64,000 nt of DNA from an uncultured bacterium. Lineage in GTDB: Bacteria; Desulfobacterota; Deferrimicrobia; J040. Under the pieces are notes generated by a model. The model was not told the origin of the DNA. It ran no database searches and saw only the letters and a program-made list of their open reading frames with translations. The translations under genes and the position numbers were made by a program. The first letter of the stretch is position 1. Each line of letters starts with the position of its first letter. The DNA lies in the NCBI GenBank assembly GCA_964429585.1, contig CAYSCN010000010.1, positions 4,622 through 68,621 on the forward strand, written 5' to 3'. This document shows positions 11,111-20,747 of this stretch, one piece after another.

Positions 11111-13097
11111 GATGCAGTGTCACGGGAGGAATGAGGCCTCCAGCGAGGTTTTGTGTGAAGAGAAGATAATCTTCGTGGGAACGCCCAATGTGGGGAAGAG
11201 TGTAATCTTCGGCTACGTTACTGGAAGGTACGTGACCGTGTCGAATTATCCAGGGACCACCGTGGAGGTGATGAAGGGTCTAGCCAGGATAGGTGGAAAA
11301 AGGGTGCAGGTCATCGATACTCCGGGAGTCAACTCGCTTACCCCGATGTCAGAAGACGAAAAGGTGACGCGTGACATACTCATGCATGAGGACAGTTACA
11401 GGGTATTTCAGGTGTGCGATTCCAAGAACCTGGAGAGGTCACTTCCCATAACGATACAGCTGATGGAGCTCGAGGTTCCGTTGGGCCTTATTCTGAACAT
11501 GTCTGACGAAGCGGAAAAACACGGAATTCAGATAGATGACGGTAAGCTTTCTGAAATATTGTCAATTCCGATAATAAAGACGGTAGCTGTCAGAAAAAAA
11601 GGAGTTGATAGAATAGCGTGGCTCTATGGTCAGGTCAGGGAGGGAACTTTCAAGGTAGATTACGGAGATTACGTTGAGGAGGCCGTATCGAAGGTTGAAA
11701 GGGTTCTTGATAGGGGCGGAGTTGCCAAGGGAAAAAGAGGACTGGCTCTGATGATTCTAAGTGGGGACAGAACTCTCGTAGGTTGGTTGAGAGACAATCT
11801 CACCCCCGAGCAGATCGAGGAGCTGGAAGTGGTGAGGGCGGAGCTGGAGAAGCGCGTTGGAGTTCCTGTTTCATACCACATTCACAATGTCAGACATCGG
11901 GCCGTGATGAAGATAATGGAGCAGGTGAGGAGAAGGAGGGCGGAGAGAAAATTCACGTTTCTCGACAGGCTCGGCTGGTTGTCCATGCATCCCGTGTATG
12001 GTGTCCCCGTGATGATCGCTGTCCTCTACCTGGCATATCTTTTCGTGGGTAAGTTCGGAGCGGGCACTATGGTGGATTTCCTGGAAGGTTATGTTTTCGG
12101 GGGATACGTGATTCCTTTTTTCAAGAATCTGTTCGATGCTTACGTTCCGTTTCCCATAGTGAGAGACTTTTTCGTGGGCGACTATGGGATTATCACCATG
12201 GCGCTCACTTACTCATTCGCTATCATTTTTCCAATCGTTGGAACCTTTTTCATCGGATTCGGGATAATGGAGGACTCTGGCTATCTTCCCAGACTTGCAG
12301 TGATGGTGGACAGGATATTCAAGAAGATCGGTTGCAATGGAAAGGCGATTTTGCCGCTCATTCTCGGGCTCGGTTGCGATACCATGGCGACATTGACGAC
12401 CAGGATTCTCGAAACTCCAAAGGAAAGGATAATAATAACGCTTCTCCTCGCACTGGGAGTCCCCTGCTCGGCTCAGCTTGGAGTGGTGCTGGGGATGTTA
12501 GGCGGCATTGGGTTGCTCGCTACTGTGGTATGGGTGCTTTTCATGGTGCTGATCATCGTGTTTGTTGGTTACCTTGCTTCTCTTATAGTAAAGGGGGATG
12601 AGGCGGATTTCATAATGGAGATTCCCCCGATGAGGGTTCCAGAAGCGAGAAACATAATGGTGAAGACGCTTGCCAGAATAGAGTGGTATTTGAAAGAGGC
12701 TGTTCCTCTGTTCATACTGGGCACGGTGGTTCTTTTCGTGGCTGACAGGTTCGGACTGCTCGAGCTGGTCGATAAGTTTTCGGCCCCTGTCGTGGTGAAT
12801 CTTCTGGATCTTCCTCCGAAGACAGCGGAAGCGTTCATAATCGGTTTTTTGAGGAGGGACTACGGTGCGGCAGGTCTCTACGCGATGCAGAAGGCGGGTC
12901 TTCTTGACAACACGCAGGTGATGGTCAGCCTGATTACCATAACGCTTTTCATACCGTGTATAGCCAACCTTTTCGTGATAATAAAGGAAAGAGGAGCGAA
13001 GATTGCGATGGCGATGGTTCTTTTCATATTTCCCTTTGCTCTTCTGGTCGGAACCGTTTTCAACAAGCTCGTCAGATTCCTTGGGATAGTCTTTTGA
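11111..13097 (+). CDS. feoB: ferrous iron transporter FeoB (G-domain plus membrane permease)
   Basis: GTPNVGKS G1 motif, DTPG G3, then about 8 TM helices. ATG at 11111 follows GGGGAGAGTGAG; the ORF-track start at 11085 is a GTG inside the fur 3' end. Confidence 0.9.
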
Positions 13098-13169
13098 GCA
13101 GCCTATTATGTTCATTCGGCCTGGAGAACCGATGAAAAACCCTGTTAATGGGGAAGGAGGTTTCATTAA

Positions 13170-13358
13170 GTGTTTATCCGTTGTCCTTTCTGTGGTATTG
13201 AAATAAACACTGAAGACAGGAGCTGCCACCGTGAGTGCCCTGTTGGGAAGAACTGCAAGATGATATGTTGCCCCAACTGCAAATATTCGTTCGTCATACC
13301 CAGGTCTTCCATTCTCGAGCTCCTGAAAAAACTGTTCGGCGGGAGCGGCGGAAAATGA
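13170..13358 (+). CDS. small Cys-rich (8 Cys) zinc-ribbon-like protein, FeoB-associated
   Basis: 62 aa, CPFC...C...C...C...CCPNC; its stop overlaps the start of the downstream DtxR-FeoA gene (ATGA). Confidence 0.5.
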   Translation: MFIRCPFCGIEINTEDRSCHRECPVGKNCKMICCPNCKYSFVIPRSSILELLKKLFGGSGGK

Positions 13359-14002
13359 GGGAGCACAGCATAGACGAGATACTCGAATTGATATGGACGA
13401 TGAAAGAGGAAGGCCAGAGCTCTGAGTCCAGCATCGTCTCAAGCTCTGATGAGAAGGATGTGGAAGGGCTGATTGAGCAGATGGTAAAAGAGGGTCTTGT
13501 GGAAAGGAAAGAGAAGGATCTGATTCTCACGAAGAAGGGGCACGAGAGGGCCGAGATGATAATAAGGCGACACAGGCTTGCTGAGTGTCTGCTCTCACAG
13601 CTTTTCGATCTGGAAGACCATCACATAGAAAGCAGCGCGTGTAAATTCGAACACATCCTGAGCGATAGGGTGACTGAGTCCGTATGCACTTTTCTTGGGC
13701 ATCCTCCATACTGTCCGCACGGCAAACCGATACCCAGAGGTGAATGTTGTAAAAAGTTCAAGACCGAAGTTGTGCCTCTTGTTATACGCCTTTCCGATGG
13801 TGACGTGGGATCGGAATACAGGATAGTATTCATAATGCCTCGGCAAAGAAAGAGGCTGGAGCGGTTGAGTGCCATGGGCCTGGTGCCGGGGACATCGATA
13901 AAGCTTCTGCAGAAGCGGCCTTCTTACGTTATTCAATTCTCGGAGACGATGATCGCTGTCGATAAAGGGATAGCGGATGAGATTTACGTCAAGAGGGTCT
14001 GA
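13355..14002 (+). CDS. DtxR/MntR-family metal-dependent regulator fused to a C-terminal FeoA (SH3-like) domain
   Basis: MREHSIDEILELIW... HTH; DtxR metal-binding/dimerisation region; C-terminal VVPLVIRLSDGDVGSEYRIVFI...GLVPGTSIKLLQK FeoA-like segment. Start moved to the ATG at 13355, translationally coupled to the Cys-rich ORF. Confidence 0.75.
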   Translation: MREHSIDEILELIWTMKEEGQSSESSIVSSSDEKDVEGLIEQMVKEGLVERKEKDLILTKKGHERAEMIIRRHRLAECLLSQLFDLEDHHIESSACKFEHILSDRVTESVCTFLGHPPYCPHGKPIPRGECCKKFKTEVVPLVIRLSDGDVGSEYRIVFIMPRQRKRLERLSAMGLVPGTSIKLLQKRPSYVIQFSETMIAVDKGIADEIYVKRV

Positions 14003-15230
14003 CAAAAGATACGCGGCCTGTTCGCTTGCTCTGGTATTTTTTTTCGGTTTTCTTTTTTCCTCTTTCCCATTCGCATTTGCTGGGGAAGGGGGGCGTTCCC
14101 TCGTGCTTTTCAAGTTCTACGACGAAGAAGTCGAAGATCCGGAAATCGTCTATCAGTCACTTGAGAATGTTTTGCGGCGTTTGGGAAATTTGCGTCTGGA
14201 AAAGCCCGGTAAATTCAGGGAAATATCAACTGGGGTGAGGTATCTTCCGGAACCAGCGCCTTCAGACGTGTATTCCTGGAGGGAGAGCCTCGAGAAGGCG
14301 AGGGAGATGTTTAGAGTGCTCGACCTGAGCGGAGCGGCTCGATTACTCGAAAGAATCGTGGAAGTCCCATATAAGTATGAGTTGACGAAAACTTCTCTCG
14401 ATATTGTTCGAGAAGCGACTCTTTTGCTCGCCTTCATAAAGTTCAAACTGGGAGAGGAAGACCAGGCGGGAAGGCTTGTAAATAGGCTTAGAGCTTTTGG
14501 CCTGGACATCGACGAAATTGTCGAGATGTTTCCCCCGGATTTCAGTTCTTTTGCGAGGCTGGTGCTGCTCAAGAAGGGAGGAGTGGATCTGGTGATTTCC
14601 TCTACGCCGTCGGGAGCTACAGTTTTCGTGAACGGAGAAGAAGTCGGCAAAACTCCTCTGATCGATACGAGGGATGAATTCGGGAAACTGAAAGTAGAAG
14701 TGAGAAAGAACGGATACGTGACGAGATCGTTTTGGAAATTCGCGCTTCCAGGGGACAAAGTGGCGTTTGAGGTCAATCTCATACCGGACGAGTCGGTTTT
14801 TTTGAGGAGATCGATATCGCGAGGAGATTTCGAAGAGGCCGCACGAAGCGCCGAAGGATTCATTCGTAGAAACGGATTGGACGCTGCTCTCGTTTCCGTC
14901 CTGATGAAAGAGGGGAAATACCTGAAAATGGACCTGCTTCTGGTGATTTCCGGGGAAAACGAGAAAAATTATTCTCTGTTTAGAAACCTGAGGTTAAGTG
15001 ATAAAGTAGTAAATATCAAGACCATAGAACCACTTTTCGAGGATTCCCTTTTTGTCGGGATATGCCCGAATGCAAAGCTGTTTTTGGAAGAGGGCGATAG
15101 AGAGGTGGAGAAATTGACGTCCAAGTGGTGGTTCTGGACGTTGCTTGCTTTTGGGGCAGCGGGTTTGGTTTACGGTGTATCCAAGGGGGGAAGCCGAAGC
15201 TCAGGGGGGAGCGTGACGGTGGAATTCTAG
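13977..15230 (+). CDS. PEGA-domain protein with signal peptide and C-terminal TM anchor
   Basis: 417 aa; hydrophobic N-terminus; two PEGA-like segments (ISSTPSGATVFVNGEEVGKTPL; VEVRKNGYVTRSF); C-terminal WWFWTLLAFGAAGLVYGV TM. Start uncertain (26-nt overlap with the upstream gene). Confidence 0.55.
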   Translation: MRFTSRGSDKRYAACSLALVFFFGFLFSSFPFAFAGEGGRSLVLFKFYDEEVEDPEIVYQSLENVLRRLGNLRLEKPGKFREISTGVRYLPEPAPSDVYSWRESLEKAREMFRVLDLSGAARLLERIVEVPYKYELTKTSLDIVREATLLLAFIKFKLGEEDQAGRLVNRLRAFGLDIDEIVEMFPPDFSSFARLVLLKKGGVDLVISSTPSGATVFVNGEEVGKTPLIDTRDEFGKLKVEVRKNGYVTRSFWKFALPGDKVAFEVNLIPDESVFLRRSISRGDFEEAARSAEGFIRRNGLDAALVSVLMKEGKYLKMDLLLVISGENEKNYSLFRNLRLSDKVVNIKTIEPLFEDSLFVGICPNAKLFLEEGDREVEKLTSKWWFWTLLAFGAAGLVYGVSKGGSRSSGGSVTVEF

Positions 15231-15234
15231 AGAG

Positions 15235-16593
15235 GTGCCCCAAGTAGGCCAAATGAGAGAGAGCTTCAAATTACTCATCACCCTGATAGTTTTGTTTTCG
15301 GCGGTTTCTCTTTCCCTTGCCGGCGGAGAAAAGGTAATAAAGGGGATAGACAAAACCAGGATAATCAAGTCCCAGGACAAGCCTCACGACGTACTGAAAA
15401 AAGCCTGCTACGCCTGCCACCCGGGGGAAAAATATGATTTCTGGATGTTGATTTACGAGGGGAAGGAGCCCCGTATAACGGTGGAGAGGAAGCTCACTCC
15501 CTTCGGAACTGGAGTGGGAGCGGCCACGGAGGGAAAGGGAACATTCAACTCGCACGAGAGTCTCACCTGCAATTTTTGCCACTATGAAAATCCCGCAAAA
15601 GGCAAGCCCAGGTTCATCGTCGACCCGGAAGGGCTCTGCAGGATTTGCCACCCTGCCACGGTGGACCACCATTATCCAGCGGAAAAGGTCAAGGATAAAG
15701 TGGTGGATCTGATAAGGGAGAACAAGCTTCCTGGACTTGCCGGTGAATTCAACTGTTACACCTGCCATAAGATACACGACTCTGTTTTTTCCATGAGAGA
15801 TGATTACAGGAAGGCTCTCGAAGAACTGGAGGTTCCGAATCCTCACGGGAGCAAGGTTTTCTGCGCTACGTGTCACGCGGGAAAAATCAGGAAGGGGGGC
15901 GAAGTAAGGTTCGTCACGGGCCTCGACATAGACGGGCTTTGCCTCCGCTGCCACGGGAAAGAGGGAATACCTTCTTCTCCTCATGTATGGGGTGTCACTT
16001 CGACGGAGAAAACGTGGAAGATGGATTACGTGGGGTATCCCTTGAGGAGGGGAAAGTTGACCTGTCAGACGTGCCACGATGAGGTCTGCTATGATCCCAT
16101 AGATCCGGAAAATCCGAAGTTCCTGAGAGGAGGACCATACGCGAGCGAGGACGAATTCTGTTACAAATGCCACGTCAATACGGATGTCGCTTTTTCGAGC
16201 CCCCACAGGCAAATCGACCAGTTTGGGAGGATAATTGAGGAAAGCTGCCTGTTCTGTCACGTGGGTGTTCCAACGGGCGCAGAGGGAGACCCGAATGTCC
16301 GGCTCGCAGGAGACGAGGTGGGAATATGCGGGACTTGCCACGATATAGTCCCACATCCCGGGGTGAATCACCTGATAAAGCTTCCTCCGAGAATGCTCAG
16401 GAGAAAACGGGAATATGAGAGAAGGCATCTGGTAAAGATTCCCCTTGATGATGAGGGAAACATAAGGTGCAGCACGTGCCACAATCCTCATGCCAAGGGA
16501 GTTATAAAGGGGGAGGCAGGCGTGGGGGCTGGTTCCAAGTGGCGCGTTGCTGACTTCAAAGAAGTGTGCGCTCCGTGCCATGGGCGTTATTGA
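15235..16593 (+). CDS. dodecahaem c-type cytochrome (12 CxxCH), secreted
   Basis: 452 aa; signal peptide; 12 CxxCH motifs counted by eye (CYACH, CNFCH, CRICH, CYTCH, CATCH, CLRCH, CQTCH, CYKCH, CLFCH, CGTCH, CSTCH, CAPCH). Confidence 0.85.
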   Translation: MPQVGQMRESFKLLITLIVLFSAVSLSLAGGEKVIKGIDKTRIIKSQDKPHDVLKKACYACHPGEKYDFWMLIYEGKEPRITVERKLTPFGTGVGAATEGKGTFNSHESLTCNFCHYENPAKGKPRFIVDPEGLCRICHPATVDHHYPAEKVKDKVVDLIRENKLPGLAGEFNCYTCHKIHDSVFSMRDDYRKALEELEVPNPHGSKVFCATCHAGKIRKGGEVRFVTGLDIDGLCLRCHGKEGIPSSPHVWGVTSTEKTWKMDYVGYPLRRGKLTCQTCHDEVCYDPIDPENPKFLRGGPYASEDEFCYKCHVNTDVAFSSPHRQIDQFGRIIEESCLFCHVGVPTGAEGDPNVRLAGDEVGICGTCHDIVPHPGVNHLIKLPPRMLRRKREYERRHLVKIPLDDEGNIRCSTCHNPHAKGVIKGEAGVGAGSKWRVADFKEVCAPCHGRY

Positions 16594-16617
16594 AGAATGC
16601 AAATAAAGGAGTGAGCG

Positions 16618-17283
16618 ATGTGGAGCTTAATCGTCAAAGGCGGATGGGTGATGTATCCCCTTCTCGCACTATCCGTTATTGCACTCGCTATCATAATCGA
16701 AAGGTTGGTAGCCCTGCACAGGATAAGGGTCAACACGTCCGATTTCGTCGAGGAAATCAACGAGCTTCTCGGCAAGAACCAGATGGAGGAAGCGATTGCC
16801 AGGTGCGAGAGAGAAAACAGTCCAGCGGGAAGGGTGATAATGGCGGGGCTTAAGAATTTCAGGAAGAGCAGGGAGGAGGTGGAGGGAGCCATAGAGACCG
16901 CTGGAGATATCGAAATTTCGAAGATGGAGAAAGGGCTTCTTTATCTTTTGACGATCGCGAAGATATCCCCGCTTCTCGGGTTTTTCGGGACCGTTGTAGG
17001 CATGATAAAGGCGTTCGAGGCAATAGGGAGATTTGGGGTTGAGAATCCGCGGATGGTGGCGCTGGGAATTTCGGAGGCTCTGATTACGACGGCAGCCGGT
17101 CTCATCATCGCGATTCCTGTGTTTTTCGCCCACTTCTACTTTACGAATAGAATCAACAGGTTCGTTCTCTCGATGCAGGAGTCGAGCCTGGCCTTTCTCG
17201 AGGCTCTGAGTGAGCTGGAGGAGAAAATAGCAATGCGGGCCGCTCAGGTTGATGAGATAGGAGGTGAATACATTGAAGTTTAG
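16618..17283 (+). CDS. exbB: MotA/TolQ/ExbB-family proton-channel protein
   Basis: 221 aa, 3 TM helices, ExbB/TolQ-like loop and C-terminal TM pair. Confidence 0.8.
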   Translation: MWSLIVKGGWVMYPLLALSVIALAIIIERLVALHRIRVNTSDFVEEINELLGKNQMEEAIARCERENSPAGRVIMAGLKNFRKSREEVEGAIETAGDIEISKMEKGLLYLLTIAKISPLLGFFGTVVGMIKAFEAIGRFGVENPRMVALGISEALITTAAGLIIAIPVFFAHFYFTNRINRFVLSMQESSLAFLEALSELEEKIAMRAAQVDEIGGEYIEV

Positions 17284-17689
17284 ACGGTCGACTCAGAAGG
17301 ACGATGAGGTTATTCCGACTGCATCCATGGCAGATATAGTTTTTCTCCTGATAATTTTCTTCATGGTCACCTCCGTTTTCAACCTCGACCGGGGCCTTGA
17401 GATGAGGCTTCCACAGATGGAGAAAGCGGGTCAAATTTCCAGGAAGGGTATTGTCGTATCGATTGACAAGAAAGGAGACGTGTTCGTCGATGGAAACAAG
17501 GTGGAAATTTACGAGGTAGGAAGAGTCGTGTATGAAAAGCGGGGAAAGAGTCCCGGCGCACCTGTGATATTCAAGAGCGACAGGGACACGAGATATCAAA
17601 TGGTGATGGATGTCCTGGATGAGTTGATGAAGGCAGGAATATACGACGTATCGCTACCTGTGGTGGAAGAGAAGAAAAAAGAGGAATAG
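17264..17689 (+). CDS. exbD: ExbD/TolR-family biopolymer transport protein
   Basis: 141 aa; single N-terminal TM (MADIVFLLIIFFMVTSVF) plus periplasmic domain, typical ExbD. Confidence 0.8.
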   Translation: MNTLKFRRSTQKDDEVIPTASMADIVFLLIIFFMVTSVFNLDRGLEMRLPQMEKAGQISRKGIVVSIDKKGDVFVDGNKVEIYEVGRVVYEKRGKSPGAPVIFKSDRDTRYQMVMDVLDELMKAGIYDVSLPVVEEKKKEE

Positions 17690-17698
17690 GAAGGGAGA

Positions 17699-18517
17699 AT
17701 GACCAGCAGGGAGCTCATAAAGATGTGGGGAGTCGTTCTGGCCTCTGTGCTGGTTCACATTCTTCTCTTTTCTGCTTTTTCGTTCAGGTACGAGCCCAAC
17801 ATAAAATTCATTAGGAAGAAAACGAAAATAACGCTTCACCCCTTCAGGCCACTGGTGCCCAGAAAGGTTTCCTTGAAAAAAGAGGAGCCCGTGATTCCCC
17901 GCTCAGGATCGATGGTAGAGGAATCGAAAGGCGGAATCAAGGCTAAGGAACAGGAACTTGGAATATCCAGGCCCTCCTCAAGTGAAGAAGATTTGATGCC
18001 GGCCCCGGAGGCTGCCGGGGGAGAGGTGGAAGATACTTCTGTTTTGTCAGATTTTCTCGCAATGATCAGAAGTGACGAATTCCAAAAGAGGCTCGAAGAA
18101 ATAAGAAGAGAAAAGGAGAGTGCCTGGACGGGTAAAGGGGTCGGAAAAAGCGACCTGTCTGTCCCTGAGGGCGCGAAGGGAGGGAAAGGAAAGTTCGAGG
18201 AGCCTTACCTGGATCCTAGAGTTAGACTCGTAGTGGTTTCGTATCCGAAAACGTCCATAGAGAAGGAACACCCGTATATAACCTACCCTGATTTGAAGGT
18301 AAAGAAATACGAACTTCCTTCGGGGTGGTGCAATGTGGTGATTCGAATCTATACCGATCAGAGGGGGAACGTGGTGAGCAGGGAAATATTGAGACCTCGG
18401 GAAGGAGGTATGAGGGAGAGGCTGTTTCTCGAGCACACACTCGAATCTCTGAAGAGCTGGAAATTTCCAAGGGCCAAGTCGGAAATCATCATCGATGTGA
18501 GGTATTACGTGGAATGA
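17699..18517 (+). CDS. tonB: TonB-family energy transducer (N-terminal TM, Pro/Glu-rich linker, C-terminal TonB domain)
   Basis: 272 aa; TM WGVVLASVLVHILLFSAF; charged linker; C-terminal domain resembling the TonB C-terminal domain. Confidence 0.65.
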   Translation: MTSRELIKMWGVVLASVLVHILLFSAFSFRYEPNIKFIRKKTKITLHPFRPLVPRKVSLKKEEPVIPRSGSMVEESKGGIKAKEQELGISRPSSSEEDLMPAPEAAGGEVEDTSVLSDFLAMIRSDEFQKRLEEIRREKESAWTGKGVGKSDLSVPEGAKGGKGKFEEPYLDPRVRLVVVSYPKTSIEKEHPYITYPDLKVKKYELPSGWCNVVIRIYTDQRGNVVSREILRPREGGMRERLFLEHTLESLKSWKFPRAKSEIIIDVRYYVE

Positions 18518-19275
18518 CGAGACGGGTTCTTTTGATTCTCGCGTTGTGTCTGGCGGCCATGACAACATATGCCTATGCCATGGATCCAGAGGGGTGTATC
18601 GAGTGTCACGAAATGCAGTTGATAGTCAAGGCGGGACAGGCTTACAGGAACCTGCGGGTTGCCGAAAAGGAATACAGGCTTTCTTCACATGGAAGTCTTT
18701 ACTGTTCGGATTGCCATGCAAGCGAAACGATCGTTCCTCATGAACCCGGAAACAGGGAAGCAGTGTGTTTCGAGAAGTGCCATTCGAAGGGGAGCATCGA
18801 AGAGGTGAGGAAAGTCCACACGGAGAAATACTACAGCTATCAAGACGATATTCATTACAAGGAAGGAATCGGGTGTGCCGATTGTCACAGCGAATTCGGT
18901 AAGGTGAAAACTTATGCCATGTCTCTTAAATGCCTCACCTGTCACGGGAAAAACGGTGAGGGAAAGGGGGTGCTCCTCGTTTCGACCCCGGTTCACGGAG
19001 ACCTCACGGGTGTGGGGGGAGTAGTGACGTGTGGAGATTGTCATTCTCCTCATATTCCAAAGGAGAAAAGAACGGAAGAGACGCTGAATTGCTATCGCGG
19101 CTCAGAGTGTCACGGAAACCGTGTCGTGAGGAAGATTGCCGTAGGCGGTCACCTGTCTTCGGGAGGAGGGCGGATTCTGGGCGTGATCCGGGAGGCAGTA
19201 AGGATTGTGGTCGTGCTGTTCCTGCTCGTGGGGGTAGGGCTCATCCTGTCAGGGAGTAGGAAAAATGGAAGGTGA
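18514..19275 (+). CDS. membrane-anchored multihaem c-type cytochrome (5 CxxCH plus a CX3CH and a CX5CH variant)
   Basis: Start moved to the ATG at 18514 (MTRRVLLILALCLAAM signal), overlapping the tonB stop (ATGA). Motifs CIECH, CSDCH, CFEKCH, CADCH, CLTCH, CGDCH, CYRGSECH; C-terminal TM IVVVLFLLVGVGLIL. Confidence 0.8.
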   Translation: MTRRVLLILALCLAAMTTYAYAMDPEGCIECHEMQLIVKAGQAYRNLRVAEKEYRLSSHGSLYCSDCHASETIVPHEPGNREAVCFEKCHSKGSIEEVRKVHTEKYYSYQDDIHYKEGIGCADCHSEFGKVKTYAMSLKCLTCHGKNGEGKGVLLVSTPVHGDLTGVGGVVTCGDCHSPHIPKEKRTEETLNCYRGSECHGNRVVRKIAVGGHLSSGGGRILGVIREAVRIVVVLFLLVGVGLILSGSRKNGR

Positions 19276-20218
19276 TAGGGTAGTCGTTAAAAAAGAAGTA
19301 AAGAAGTATGCGACTGTGGATGTGATCATCCACCACGCTGCGTTAGCACTTGGTGCTATTCTCATCATCACGGGGGTGGGAGTGAAATTCTGGAGCGGAG
19401 GTTTCTGGGAGGTTTCTCACTTCTGGGCGGGCGTTCTCTTCTCTATTGTCGTTGTCTCTCATCTGTGCGTGTTGATAGCAAGAGGAGTAACGAAGGATAT
19501 TCCGATCGGGAGATTCCCTTTTCTTTTTTCGGTCCGGGAGTTCTTGAATTACTTGAAAGGTATTGGCGGAATGGATGCTAAGTTCTCGGTCCCCGAGAGG
19601 GTGGATTATTTTTCGTTGATGTTTTTTTCAGTCGTTGTCTCTGCTTCTGGGATTTTCCTCCGCTTTCCCAATCTTCTTCCAGGTAGAGGTGGGATAGACG
19701 TTGTCTTCACCATGCTGTCTGTGCATTTCACGTCTGCTGTGGGCTTTACGTTCTGGGTTGTTGCGGTCCACGTGTTGAACACGGTTGTGAGCCCTTTTCC
19801 TGGAAACGACCCGATGTATATCTTCGGCAGAGAAGTCGATATTGAGGCCGTCAGGGAACACAGACCGGGATGGTTCGAGGAGCTGGAAAGGGAGGGGGCC
19901 GTGGAGGTTTTGAAGGAAGAGGACCCGGAAGAAAAGATAGACAGGGAAAAGGTCGAGTCGCTGCTCAATGAAGGCAACCGGAATTTCAGGGAAGGCAATT
20001 TTGAGGATGCGGAAAGACTTTACAGGGAAGCAATAGCTTTGTATCCAGCCTACTCGCAGGCGCACTACAATCTTGCCGTTTTACTCAAGAAAATGGGGCG
20101 ATATGCTGAAGCAATAGGACAGTGCAGGAGATTTCTCGAGGTGGATCCGTTTCATCCTCTTTCGATCAGGGTAAAGGAGATGATACGCGAAATGGAGGAA
20201 GGGCCAGGTGCTCGGTAA
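19265..20218 (+). CDS. integral-membrane b-type cytochrome-like domain fused to C-terminal TPR repeats
   Basis: 317 aa; 4-5 TM helices with conserved His (IIHHAALALG, VVSHLCV, HFTSAVGFTFWVVAVHVLN) resembling FdnI / Ni-Fe hydrogenase cytochrome b; C-terminal TPR-like repeats (AERLYREAIALYPAYSQAHYNLAVLLKKMGRYAEAIGQ). Confidence 0.6.
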   Translation: MEGDRVVVKKEVKKYATVDVIIHHAALALGAILIITGVGVKFWSGGFWEVSHFWAGVLFSIVVVSHLCVLIARGVTKDIPIGRFPFLFSVREFLNYLKGIGGMDAKFSVPERVDYFSLMFFSVVVSASGIFLRFPNLLPGRGGIDVVFTMLSVHFTSAVGFTFWVVAVHVLNTVVSPFPGNDPMYIFGREVDIEAVREHRPGWFEELEREGAVEVLKEEDPEEKIDREKVESLLNEGNRNFREGNFEDAERLYREAIALYPAYSQAHYNLAVLLKKMGRYAEAIGQCRRFLEVDPFHPLSIRVKEMIREMEEGPGAR

Positions 20219-20747
20219 AGGATACAGGTTGTTTTCTATTGTGGTTGCTCTCACGTCTTTTTTCCTTGTTGTGGTTTCCGGTAGGAGTGAGAAAGGCGGT
20301 GTCTCGATACCTCCTGTGAAAATCTCCAGGCTCGTTTACTTCCACGGGAAAGGGGAAGAACCGGAAGTAGTGAGGAAGGACTGTTCGTCCCAGGCAGGTT
20401 GCCATCTCGTCTTCCCGCATGAGGACAGACGCGGCTTTGCTGCTTTCCGGAATCAACACGAAACTTTCATGGACTGTTTCGTCTGTCACAGGATCTCGGG
20501 GTTTGAGAAATTCGCTGTGGAAAAAACTTACGGCAGGAGGGTGGTGATATTGGAGACGTTGCCGCAACGTGGCGATTTTCACGCTCAATTCATGAAGCCG
20601 GTTGGTTGTGACGGCTGTCACACTGACGAGGGGAAACGGCGGTTCGAAAAAGTCACCGGGGAAAAATTTGGTAGCGAGATGGTGAATCCTCTTCCGCTCA
20701 TTCTCCTCAAGGAAGGATCGAAGAAATGGTTCGTTCCAGGTTTCTGA
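20208..20747 (+). CDS. small periplasmic c-type cytochrome (2 canonical CxxCH plus a possible variant site)
   Basis: 179 aa; N-terminal TM/signal; CFVCH, CDGCH and CSSQAGCH. Confidence 0.7.
   Translation: MLGKGYRLFSIVVALTSFFLVVVSGRSEKGGVSIPPVKISRLVYFHGKGEEPEVVRKDCSSQAGCHLVFPHEDRRGFAAFRNQHETFMDCFVCHRISGFEKFAVEKTYGRRVVILETLPQRGDFHAQFMKPVGCDGCHTDEGKRRFEKVTGEKFGSEMVNPLPLILLKEGSKKWFVPGF

Noticed and set aside
13098-13169. Possible small RNA or terminator between feoB and the 8-Cys ORF
   Set aside because: No convincing GC stem plus T-run is present; the short spacer is more likely just an RBS region for the coupled downstream genes.
14153-14863. 236-aa minus-strand ORF inside the PEGA-domain gene
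   Set aside because: Ser/Thr/Leu-rich low-complexity translation fully overlapping a plus-strand gene with a domain signature; judged spurious.
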